From the NCBI GenBank assembly GCA_963798915.1, contig CAWCVB010000005.1, positions 1-64,000 on the forward strand: DNA of 64,000 nucleotides, in the 5' to 3' direction. The stretch's first letter is position 1; every line of letters begins with the position of its first letter. The notes beneath the pieces were generated by a model. That model made no database searches, was not told where the DNA came from, and was given only the letters and a program-made list of their open reading frames with translations. The translations under genes were made by a program, and so were the position numbers. Source of the DNA: an uncultured Gemmatimonadales bacterium (GTDB lineage Bacteria > Gemmatimonadota > Gemmatimonadetes > Gemmatimonadales > GWC2-71-9). Of this stretch, positions 50,614 through 59,170 are shown in pieces.

Positions 50614-52284
50614 ATGGCGAGCGGCGCGGATGACGTGACTGGCCCTGACCTGGCCAGTGGCATTGACGAAGCAGACCTGCCCGACGGCGCCATGCTGTCG
50701 GGAACGGTCGAAGGCGAGGCGGTACTCCTGGTGCGGCGTGGGCCGAACGTCCATGCCGTCGGCGCCACCTGCACCCACTATGGCGGCCCGCTCGCCGAGG
50801 GGCTGGTGGTCGGCGAAACACTGCATTGTCCCTGGCACCACGCCTGCTTCGACCTCGTCACCGGACGCGCGGTCGGCGCGCCGGCGCTCAATCCGGTGAG
50901 CTGCTGGAAGGTGGAGTTGGCCGGCGGCCGTATCCGCGTCACCGGCCGCCGCAGTGCGCCGGCGCCGCCCCCGCCGCCGACCGGCGCCCCCGCGCGCATG
51001 GTCATCATCGGTGCTGGCGCGGCCGGCAATGCGGCTGCGGAGGAGCTGCGGAACCAGGGTTTTGACGGCGCCATCACGATGATCGGGATGGAGAACGAGA
51101 TTCCCTATGACCGTCCCAATCTTTCCAAGGACTATCTCGCCGGCAACGCGCCGGAAGAATGGATTCCGCTCCGCACCAGCGCGTTCTACGCCGAGCGCAA
51201 CATCACCCTTCGGCTCGGCGCCGTCGTCGATCGGATCGAACCCGAGAGCAGGCAGCTCGTGTTCCAGGATGGCGAGACCCTGGACTATGACCGGCTCCTG
51301 CTCGCGACCGGCGCCGAGCCGGTGCGGATGCCGGTACCGACGGAAGAGGGCGCGCCGGTGCACTACCTGCGTTCGCTCGACGACTGTCGCGCGATCATCC
51401 GGGCGGCCGCCAGCGCGACTCGTGTGGTAGTGATTGGCGCCAGCTTTATCGGCCTGGAAGTCGCGGCCGCGCTGAGGATGCGGAAGCTGGCGGTCGCGGT
51501 GGTTGCCCCCGAAGAGGTGCCCTTCGAGAAGGTGCTGGGCGCTGAGCTGGGCCAGTTCCTCCGTGGCGTTCATGAGGGACAGGGCGTGGAATTTCACCTT
51601 GGCACCAAGGTCGAACGCATCAACCGCATCGGCGTGCACCTGGATAATGGCGCCGATCTCGCGGCGGACCTGATCGTGATCGGTATCGGTGTGCGGCCGC
51701 GCACCGCATTGGCCGAAGCGGCTGGTGCCAGGATGGACAAGGGCGTGGTGGTGGATGAACGGTTGGAGACCAGTCTTCCGGGCATCTACGCCGCGGGCGA
51801 CATCGCGCGGGTTCCCGATGCTCGCGCCGACGGGACCATGCGGGTGGAGCACTGGGTGGTGGCGGAACGCCAAGGCCAGGCCGCCGCGCGCAACATGCTG
51901 GGGCTGGGCGCACCGTTTCGCGACGTGCCCTTCTTCTGGACCACGCACTACGACACCACGATCAGCTACATCGGCCACGCCGATGAGTGGGACGAGGCCG
52001 AACTGGATGGCAGCCTGAAAGCGGGCTCAGCGACGATGCGCTATCGCCGCGAAGGGAAGCTCCTGGCAGTCGCGACACTGGGACGGGACATGGATGGACT
52101 GCGCGCCGAGCAAGAGCTGGAGTCGTGGCTGAAGGCCTCGTCGGCACATGTCACGCGGCTGAAAGCCGCTGCTCGGCAAATGTCGCCTGCGGCGACACTC
52201 CCTGGGGCGGATTTCACAGCAGGTGTCATCCAGAGGCCGCGAAGCGGCCGAAGGATCTACTGGTCCGGGTCCCGACGCTGGTGA
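50614..52284 (+). CDS. Rieske [2Fe-2S] domain fused to FAD/NAD(P)H-dependent reductase
   Basis: CTHYG..CPWHH Rieske motif, GAGAAG, YDRPNLSKDYL, GASFIG, AAGD, RVEHW, PFFW; last ~45 aa are translated repeat. Confidence 0.92.
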   Translation: MASGADDVTGPDLASGIDEADLPDGAMLSGTVEGEAVLLVRRGPNVHAVGATCTHYGGPLAEGLVVGETLHCPWHHACFDLVTGRAVGAPALNPVSCWKVELAGGRIRVTGRRSAPAPPPPPTGAPARMVIIGAGAAGNAAAEELRNQGFDGAITMIGMENEIPYDRPNLSKDYLAGNAPEEWIPLRTSAFYAERNITLRLGAVVDRIEPESRQLVFQDGETLDYDRLLLATGAEPVRMPVPTEEGAPVHYLRSLDDCRAIIRAAASATRVVVIGASFIGLEVAAALRMRKLAVAVVAPEEVPFEKVLGAELGQFLRGVHEGQGVEFHLGTKVERINRIGVHLDNGADLAADLIVIGIGVRPRTALAEAAGARMDKGVVVDERLETSLPGIYAAGDIARVPDARADGTMRVEHWVVAERQGQAAARNMLGLGAPFRDVPFFWTTHYDTTISYIGHADEWDEAELDGSLKAGSATMRYRREGKLLAVATLGRDMDGLRAEQELESWLKASSAHVTRLKAAARQMSPAATLPGADFTAGVIQRPRSGRRIYWSGSRRW

Positions 52285-52432
52285 GTAGATCCTTCGCTTC
52301 GCTCAGGATGACAGATCTCGCACACCGACGACCGACGACCGACAACTGACGACTGACGACCGACGACCGACAACTGACACTGACGACCACCTGCCCGCCT
52401 CGCCCGTCCTGCCCGCCTTGCCCGTCCTGTCA

Positions 52433-53533
52433 TCATGCCGACGTCATGTCCGGCAAAGCGGGCGGGTTGACGCCCGGCGACACCGGCGTCCGCTCCAGTG
52501 CCAGTTCCACGATGGTCGCCAGCATTTCGCCGAAGGTGTGGCCGGCCGCCTCGGCGCTTTCCATGAAGGAGACCCCTTCGGTCAGGTCGGGATTGGGGTT
52601 GATCTCCAGCACGTAAGGATGGTTGTCCTTGGAGATGCGGATGTCGAGCCGGGCGTAATCGCGGCACCCCATCGACCGGTAGGCCTGGATGCAGACATCA
52701 CGCACCCGCTTTTCCAGGCGCTTGGTGAGGGGCGCCGGACAGTGGGTGCCCACGCGATGGAACACCTCCGCCAGCGGATCCCACTTGGCGGCAAAGCTGA
52801 TGATCGACGGCTCACCGGCAGGCAATTCCGAGAAATCGTATTCCAGGGCTGGCAGCACTTCGGGCGGGTCGTTGCCCAGCACGCCAATGTGCAGCTCGCG
52901 GCCCTCGATGAATTCCTCCACCAGGATCGGCGGCTGGAATTCGGTGAACATGTGCTCCAGGCGCGAGAGCAGCTGGGCCCGGTCCGTCACCACGGAGGCC
53001 GCGTCCACCCCGGCACTGGCATCTTCCCGCGCCGGTTTCACGATCAGCGGATACTTGAGCCCGTGTCGCACTGCGATCCGGGGTTTCCAGAGGCTCAGGA
53101 ACTTGGGGGTCGGCACGTCGTGCGACTGCAGGATCCGCTTGGTCAGTCCCTTCCGCCGGCACATGGACAGCGCCATCGGCGGAGCGCCGGTGTAGGGAAT
53201 GCCGTAGAGTTCGAGAAAGGCGGGTATGGCGCTTTCCAGCTCGGCGTCGTCCCGGAACGATTCCACCAGGTTGAAGATCACGTCGGGCCGGTTGCGGCGG
53301 ACCACCCGCTCCAGCTGCTTCACGTCGTCCAGCAGGTTGAGCGCGCGGACCCGGAACCCTTCGCCCTTGAGCGCCTTGACGATGGCCTCGTACTCCTCGC
53401 TGACCGTGGGCACGACGATGTCGTACTCCGGCTCGAAACCCAGCGTCGCGGGATCGACGTGCTTGAGCTGGTCGTAGCCTTCCTCGCTCAGCGCATTGTA
53501 CAGCACCATCACGTTGGCTCGTGTCCTGGCCAA
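52433..53533 (-). CDS. D-Ala-D-Ala ligase-like ATP-grasp enzyme
   Basis: VIFNLVE, IPYTG, PLIVKPAREDASAGV, VEEFIEGRE, DYARLDIR, LEINPNPDL; TTG start after AGGAG. Confidence 0.85.
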   Translation of the reverse strand: MARTRANVMVLYNALSEEGYDQLKHVDPATLGFEPEYDIVVPTVSEEYEAIVKALKGEGFRVRALNLLDDVKQLERVVRRNRPDVIFNLVESFRDDAELESAIPAFLELYGIPYTGAPPMALSMCRRKGLTKRILQSHDVPTPKFLSLWKPRIAVRHGLKYPLIVKPAREDASAGVDAASVVTDRAQLLSRLEHMFTEFQPPILVEEFIEGRELHIGVLGNDPPEVLPALEYDFSELPAGEPSIISFAAKWDPLAEVFHRVGTHCPAPLTKRLEKRVRDVCIQAYRSMGCRDYARLDIRISKDNHPYVLEINPNPDLTEGVSFMESAEAAGHTFGEMLATIVELALERTPVSPGVNPPALPDMTSA

Positions 53534-53606
53534 GGCACTCTCCTGGGCGCCGGTTGGCAAGCGCCCGGTTCCGTATACTTTCCCAAGGTCTCCGGCCGGG
53601 ATGTCC

Positions 53607-54491
53607 ATGGGAATATACCCCCAACCGAACCTCTGGCAGTGCGGGCCGTTCGCCCTCAAGCATGCGTTGGTGGTTCTGGGCATCCTGCGCGACGAGCGCG
53701 AGATCTCCCGGATCGCCGGCACGCACTGGTGGACCGGCACCGACGAGATCCAGTTGGGGCGAGCCGCGCGCAAGTACGATTGCGACCTGCTGCAGGTACG
53801 GCGCAACGATCCTGAGCGCGCGCGCAAAGCGCTGGTCGCCTACCTCAGGCGCGGCATTCCGGTGCTGCTCTGCGTGGACGAGTGGAGTCACTGGCTCACC
53901 GCGGTGAAGGCGGAATCGGGCAAGTTCATCCTGCTCGACAGCCGGGTGAAGCGCGTGGTGGAGATCGCTTCATGGGCTCAGCTTCGGCGCATGTGGGTCT
54001 TCCACGAGGAAGACGAAGATGATGAGGATGCCTACCTCACCCGCTTCGACCTGCATCCCGTGGTGCCTCGCTTCAAGCCGCGAACCCACGCCCAGTTCTC
54101 GCTGGCCCGGGCCCGCACGCTGCAGCGCGAAACCAATCGCCGGCTGGCACAGCGCTGGGACGAGTATGTCGAGGACCTGCTCGCCATCTGCCGGCCCCGC
54201 TCTTCCCGCGCGTCCAAGGTGTTCTCCCTCGGCGAGTTCATCCGCCGCCACGGCGCCATGATCCTGGAGACCGTGGACTACTGGCATGGCTCGGTCGAAC
54301 GCCAGGCTGCCCGCCAGATCCTCAACAACCTGCACTTCGTGGCCGACACCTATGGCCTGGTGATCCACGACGAGGACGAGAAACGCGCCATCGCCGGGAT
54401 CTCGACGCTGCTCACGCTCTGGGCCGCCGGTGAATTCGGCGCCACGCCGGTCTATGGGCCGAGGCTGGTGCAGAAGAAGAGGCGGCGGTAA
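53607..54491 (+). CDS. Papain-fold C39-like cysteine peptidase domain protein
   Basis: Q-x5-CG (QPNLWQCGP), GT, PVLL..SHW, LLDS give a Cys/His/Asp arrangement; start 53601 or 53607. Confidence 0.65.
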   Translation: MGIYPQPNLWQCGPFALKHALVVLGILRDEREISRIAGTHWWTGTDEIQLGRAARKYDCDLLQVRRNDPERARKALVAYLRRGIPVLLCVDEWSHWLTAVKAESGKFILLDSRVKRVVEIASWAQLRRMWVFHEEDEDDEDAYLTRFDLHPVVPRFKPRTHAQFSLARARTLQRETNRRLAQRWDEYVEDLLAICRPRSSRASKVFSLGEFIRRHGAMILETVDYWHGSVERQAARQILNNLHFVADTYGLVIHDEDEKRAIAGISTLLTLWAAGEFGATPVYGPRLVQKKRRR

Positions 54492-54846
54492 CTCGGCGGC
54501 TCGAGGGAGGCTTCGCGCGTTCTCACGCGGCTGTAGCCGCTGCTCAGCCCGTGTCGCCTGCGGCGACAACGCCTGAGGTGGAGCTCACAGCAGGTGTCAT
54601 CCAGAGGCCGCGAAGCGGCCGAAGGATCTGCCGGTCCGGGTCCCGACGCTGGTGAGAAGATCCTTCGCTTCGCTCAGGATGACAGATCGGCGGCGGAGAC
54701 CGAGACCCGCCGACCGACGACCGACGACCGACGCCGACGACCACCCACCCGCCTTGCCCGTCCTTGCCCGTCCTGCAAAGCGACCCTCACGCCACCTCAT
54801 GCATCCCTCTACCGGAACCCCTTTTACCGACCGGAGATGGAGACCC

Positions 54847-55731
54847 ATGCGAATGCAACTCACCACCGCTCTCACGGCGCTGCTGGCGCTGGCGCCGGCA
54901 GCGGTCCTGGCGCAGGACGCACCCAAGACCCCGGCACCGCGGGCGGAAGCGCGCACCCGCGTCCGAACCATGGAAATGCCCGGGATGTCCCGACTCACCA
55001 TGATGATGGGCCAGCCCCGCCTGGGCCTCACGCTCACCAACGATTCCACGGCCAAGGGCGCCGTGGTCCAGGACGTGATGGACGACAGCCCGGCCGAGAA
55101 GGCCGGTCTCAAGCAGGGTGACATCGTCACCCGGATGAACGGCACGGCGCTCACCGGCGAGGATCCGGCCGGCACCATGGCCGACATGGCCCACAAGCTC
55201 GAGCCGGGCGACACGGTGAAGCTCGATTACCGCCGGAATGGTTCGTCGCACTCCGCCACCATCGTGGCCGCGGACCTGGCCCGCGGCACGTACGCCATGG
55301 CGATGCCGGACATGCGAGGCCTCGATCGGATGCAGGCCGAGCTGCCGCGCGAGTGGGTCGCGCAGGGCGGAGCCATGCCGCACGGGTTCAGCGTGGTCAT
55401 GGGCCGGCCGATGGGTCTCCAGCTGGTGGAGATGAATGCCGGACTGGGCGACTACTTCGGTACTGCCAAGGGACTGCTGGTGACCGACACCCCGCGTGAC
55501 TCGACCATGCCGCTCCGCGCCGGCGACGTCATCCTCACCATCGGTGGCCGCACTCCCAATAGCGAGGGGCACGCACAGCGCATTCTCGGCTCCTACGCCC
55601 CGGGCGAGACGGTGCAGTTCGAGATCATGCGCAAGAAGAGCAAGCAATCGGTGTCGTGGACCGTGCCGGAACATGGCGAGATGAAATGGATGCAGCCGAT
55701 GCGACGGGAAGTGCGGGTGGAGAAGAGCTGA
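54847..55731 (+). CDS. Secreted tandem PDZ-domain protein
   Basis: Signal peptide; RLGL..SPAEKAGLKQGDIV and MGLQL..LRAGDVILTIGG; no protease domain. Confidence 0.85.
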   Translation: MRMQLTTALTALLALAPAAVLAQDAPKTPAPRAEARTRVRTMEMPGMSRLTMMMGQPRLGLTLTNDSTAKGAVVQDVMDDSPAEKAGLKQGDIVTRMNGTALTGEDPAGTMADMAHKLEPGDTVKLDYRRNGSSHSATIVAADLARGTYAMAMPDMRGLDRMQAELPREWVAQGGAMPHGFSVVMGRPMGLQLVEMNAGLGDYFGTAKGLLVTDTPRDSTMPLRAGDVILTIGGRTPNSEGHAQRILGSYAPGETVQFEIMRKKSKQSVSWTVPEHGEMKWMQPMRREVRVEKS

Positions 55732-55732
55732 G

Positions 55733-55919
55733 GCTGCGCTGTGCGCTGTGCGCTGTGAGCTATGCGCCGTGAGCTGCGAGCTGCGAGCTCGTGTGAATGA
55801 ACGGACACCTATGTGAACCAAGGGTCGGAACTGCGATAGCTCCGACCCTTGTTCACATAAGTGATGCCTTCAGCTCACAGCGCGCTCGCAGCTCGCAGCT
55901 AGCTCACAGCGCATAGCTT
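55733..55919. repeat. Inverted heptamer arrays (GCTGTGC/GCTGCGA)n...(GCTCACA/GCTCGCA)n around a 58-bp hairpin
   Basis: Inner inverted repeat CACCTATGTGAACCAAGGGTCGGA...TCCGACCCTTGTTCACATAAGTG at 55806-55863. Confidence 0.85.
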
Positions 55920-55931
55920 ATGTCGCCTCGC

Positions 55932-56030
55932 TCACCGCGCCCTCACGATCAGCGAGATCAAGGTCGCCAGCAATGCCACGATCACGACGATCTCGATAAA
56001 CGCAGGCCCCCGTCGTGCTCGTCGTGACAT
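55932..56030 (-). CDS. 32-aa prepilin-leader-like membrane peptide
   Basis: GGAGG RBS; MSRRARRG-PAFIEIVVIVALLATLISLIVRAR. Confidence 0.5.
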   Translation of the reverse strand: MSRRARRGPAFIEIVVIVALLATLISLIVRAR

Positions 56031-56058
56031 CACCCTTCCTCCGATCAGGTGTTCGGGC

Positions 56059-56364
56059 TCAATGGCCCAGCGCTGACTCGAACAGGTGCGAGGCCGTCGT
56101 GTCCGCGGCAATGGCGTAGAGCGCTGCCTCGAACCGATCCACCGTGAATCCATTGGCGGCGAGGATGCTGTCGGCCTTGTCCGGCATGGCCTGGACCGCG
56201 AGCGTGACCGCCGCCGCCGGAATGACCCGGGCCATCATCGAATCAACTTCTCCCGCACGCACGGTGGCCGCCGTGTCGCTGGAGGCCGACGCGGGTGCAG
56301 CGCGGTGCTCGCCGCCACACGCCAGCAGCAGCATCGCCATGGGCACCATCAGGCGCCGCATCAT
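56059..56364 (-). CDS. Hypothetical lipoprotein
   Basis: Lipobox LLAC; overlaps the stop of the upstream gene. Confidence 0.7.
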   Translation of the reverse strand: MMRRLMVPMAMLLLACGGEHRAAPASASSDTAATVRAGEVDSMMARVIPAAAVTLAVQAMPDKADSILAANGFTVDRFEAALYAIAADTTASHLFESALGH

Positions 56365-56795
56365 CGATCGGGCCTCGGCCTGACGCGTGGCTTCCCCTTG
56401 GGCGGGTGCGCCGCATTCCGCTTCCCGGCACGTGCCGCGGTGATGGCCTGCGCCAGGGCGCGGCCGCGCAAGCCCCGATCGAGGCTCTCCTGAACAACCG
56501 ACCCGAACTCCTGCTCCGGAACCCGGTCCTCGACCCGCGCCTGATACTCCGACCGCAAGACCTGCATGGCGTCATCGGCGGGGACCCGGGCACTGTGCAT
56601 GGCCTCGAGGGCCGTCCTGACTTCGGCTTGGGGCACGCCGAGGTCACGCAGGTCCGAGGCGAGACGCGGCAGCGAACTGGCATTCAGGACACGTGCGCTG
56701 AGGGTCGCCTGCGCGCGGGCCAGGCCGGGCGCGAAGGCCACGCCAAGGGCTGCCGCCATGGCGGCGGCCCGGAGACTCCATCTGATGGGGATCAT
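56361..56795 (-). CDS. Hypothetical secreted protein
   Basis: Signal peptide ending ARA-Q; TATCTT 6 nt before ATG. Confidence 0.65.
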   Translation of the reverse strand: MIPIRWSLRAAAMAAALGVAFAPGLARAQATLSARVLNASSLPRLASDLRDLGVPQAEVRTALEAMHSARVPADDAMQVLRSEYQARVEDRVPEQEFGSVVQESLDRGLRGRALAQAITAARAGKRNAAHPPKGKPRVRPRPDR

Positions 56796-56833
56796 GGCAC
56801 CAAGATAGCGAAAGTCCCGACCTGCGCGAGGCG

Positions 56834-57730
56834 CTACCGCCGGCTCATGGGAATATCGTTGCTGGTTCGGGCGCCCAGGCCGAGAATCAGGCGGCGCGGC
56901 CGGAAGCCATCCTTGGACACCTGGACGTACTGGGTACGGCACGCATCGACCAGACTCTGGTCGAACGACAGCCGATACCAGCCATCATCGTCGGCAAAAG
57001 TGCTGTACGACGTCCCCAGGATCTGCAGGAAGGCGCCGCCCAGCGGGACATGCGTTCCCTCCCGGAAGACCCGCCCCGTCACTTCGCCCAGCACCACGGG
57101 CGCGCCTGGGTCGACACGGGGCCGCTGACTCGGCCGGCAGTCATTGTCCCGGTCATCAGCGAGCTCCCGGAGCCAGCGGGCAGTCGGTTGCGGTCCTGTC
57201 GCGTTGGTGACGCCATGCTGTTGGCGGCCAAACAGTCGTTGGGCCTCCTCGGTCATGGCGAGCTCATCAGGGGTTGAGCGACGGGAATTCAGGGTCGATC
57301 GATCGGGCTGCGGTGCTGGGCGCTCGACGCTCGACGACGGTGGCGCCTCAGCCAACGGCCCGGTTTCGGGCGGTGGCTGCGGCGAGACAGTGACTTCCTC
57401 GGGCAGGTGCTCGCCCCGCTTCACCTGCGGGCGCGGCATCCGGTCTGGGGGCGGCTGGGGGACCGGGCGGCTCGGCGCCACGGGAGCGCTTGTGACCGGC
57501 TTGGGAGCGGCCGGAGGTCGATAGGGTGGCAGCGTCGCCAGCTCGACCCGGCGCTCGGGCTGGGCCGCGGTCGCCTCAGTCCTGGGGTCCCGCTTCGCCT
57601 CGCTGCGGGTCCACACCAAGGCCGCCACCAGCAGCGCGACATGCAGGACCGCACTCAGTGTCAGGCCGAGCCAGGGCTGGCGCGGCGGCGCCAGTTCGGT
57701 ATCGAGGAAGAGGTGAGGCGTGCTGGACAT
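56834..57730 (-). CDS. TonB-like membrane-anchored proline-rich protein with carboxypeptidase-regulatory-like C-terminal domain
   Basis: SAVLHVALL TM (SxxxH), Pro-rich linker, VTGRV..PLGGA..ADDDGWYRL..VSKDGF. Confidence 0.65.
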   Translation of the reverse strand: MSSTPHLFLDTELAPPRQPWLGLTLSAVLHVALLVAALVWTRSEAKRDPRTEATAAQPERRVELATLPPYRPPAAPKPVTSAPVAPSRPVPQPPPDRMPRPQVKRGEHLPEEVTVSPQPPPETGPLAEAPPSSSVERPAPQPDRSTLNSRRSTPDELAMTEEAQRLFGRQQHGVTNATGPQPTARWLRELADDRDNDCRPSQRPRVDPGAPVVLGEVTGRVFREGTHVPLGGAFLQILGTSYSTFADDDGWYRLSFDQSLVDACRTQYVQVSKDGFRPRRLILGLGARTSNDIPMSRR

Positions 57731-57855
57731 GACCCGCGAAAGTTAGATACCTGTGCGCCTGGACGGGTGAAAGACCTTCCGGCGGGCAACCAGAAGAAGG
57801 CGGCCTTCAAGCCCGAGAGCTGACGGGGCGCAGATCCCCAAAGCACGCGCAATGC

Positions 57856-57884
57856 TTGACTAGTTAATTATTCGTATGCAGCTT
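57856..57884 (+). promoter_or_regulatory. Putative sigma70 promoter of marR (leaderless)
   Basis: TTGACT-N17-CAGCTT, 5 nt before ATG 57890; AT-rich spacer. Confidence 0.5.
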
Positions 57885-57889
57885 GCCTT

Positions 57890-58312
57890 ATGCAAACCAG
57901 CCAAGAGGAAGTGCTCATGGCGCTGTGGCAGGCCGGTGAGGCCGCCCGCGCCCGCCTCAGTGCCATTGCCACCAGCCTCGGTGTGACCTTCCAGCAGTAC
58001 ATGATACTCCGGATTCTCCTCGAGCATCCTGATCACGGGCTTCCGACGCTCGAGATTGCCAGGCGCGTGGTGGAACGCGCTCCCGGCATTACCGGCCTGA
58101 TCGATCGCCTGGAACGCCGGGGGCTGGTTCGACGGGAGCGGGACAAGTCCGATCGCCGGCAGATACGATGCGTCCTGACTGATGAAGGTCGCGCCCTGGC
58201 GGGCCAGCTCGAGCAACAGTCCGCATCAGCCAGAAGCGAGGCGGTATCAATGCTTACGAGCCACGAAGTCGCGGCGTTGCGGCACCTGCTGCTGCGAATG
58301 GCGAGAAAATAG
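57890..58312 (+). CDS. MarR family transcriptional regulator
   Basis: GVTFQQYMILRIL, ITGLIDRLERRGLVRR..DRR..LTDEG. Confidence 0.92.
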   Translation: MQTSQEEVLMALWQAGEAARARLSAIATSLGVTFQQYMILRILLEHPDHGLPTLEIARRVVERAPGITGLIDRLERRGLVRRERDKSDRRQIRCVLTDEGRALAGQLEQQSASARSEAVSMLTSHEVAALRHLLLRMARK

Positions 58313-58348
58313 GCTGTAAATGAATAGTTGACAATTGAATATTACTGC

Positions 58349-58542
58349 CGGGTCGCGGGTCGCGGGTCGCGGGTCGCGGGTCGCGGGTCGCGGGTCGTGG
58401 GTCGTGGGTCGTGGGTCGTGGGCCGATGACGGCGAGTGATGAGCTTTGGCCTGCCCATCCTGCCCATCCTGCCCATCCTGCCCATCCCGCCCATCCCGCC
58501 CATCCCGCCCGTCTTGCCCGTCCTGCCCGTCCTGCCCGTCCT
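58349..58542. repeat. (GGGTCGC/GGGTCGT)n followed by (CCTGCCCAT/CCTGCCCGT)n
   Basis: Directly visible. Confidence 0.9.
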
Positions 58543-58597
58543 GTGATAGCAAGCACCCACTTGCATCCCGGCCGGAGCGTGCTACGTTCCGCCCGCT

Positions 58598-59170
58598 ATG
58601 GACGTACGTGAACGCATTCTCGAGGCGGCGGCCGCCCTGTACGCAACCTCAGGATTCCGGGGCACGACCACCCGGCGCATCGCCGCGGAGGCCGGGGTCA
58701 ACGAGATCACGGTCTTCCGCCATTTCGGGTCCAAGGAAGCGCTGCTGCGCGAAGTGATCGGCCTGGGCTGGAGCCGTTTCGAACTGCCGGCACTGCCGGA
58801 GGAACCCGCACACCCCGCCGACGAGCTGAAGGCGTGGGCCATCCAGTATCACACACTGCACAGCGATTGCGCCGCCTTCATTCGCACCCGCCTCGGCGAA
58901 TTCCAGGACCATCCGGAGATCATTCCGCGCGAGGGATCGCCGCCGGCGCGGACAGCGGCACTGCTGGCGGGTTACCTGTCGCGGCTCAAGGCCCGCGGCC
59001 AGATGCATGCTGACGTGGACCCCAGGCGGGCTGCGGCCATGCTGATCGGGACGCTCTTTGCCGACGCCATCACCCGCGAGGGCGTGGCGGAGATGTTCAC
59101 CGAGAGCTGCGGCGATGACGTGGCGGAATACGTCCGGATCTTTCTGCGCGGCATCGGGGTGACTGCATGA
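58598..59170 (+). CDS. TetR/AcrR family regulator
   Basis: RERILEAA..GFRGTTTRRIAAEAGVNEITVFRHFGSKEALL. Confidence 0.93.
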   Translation: MDVRERILEAAAALYATSGFRGTTTRRIAAEAGVNEITVFRHFGSKEALLREVIGLGWSRFELPALPEEPAHPADELKAWAIQYHTLHSDCAAFIRTRLGEFQDHPEIIPREGSPPARTAALLAGYLSRLKARGQMHADVDPRRAAAMLIGTLFADAITREGVAEMFTESCGDDVAEYVRIFLRGIGVTA

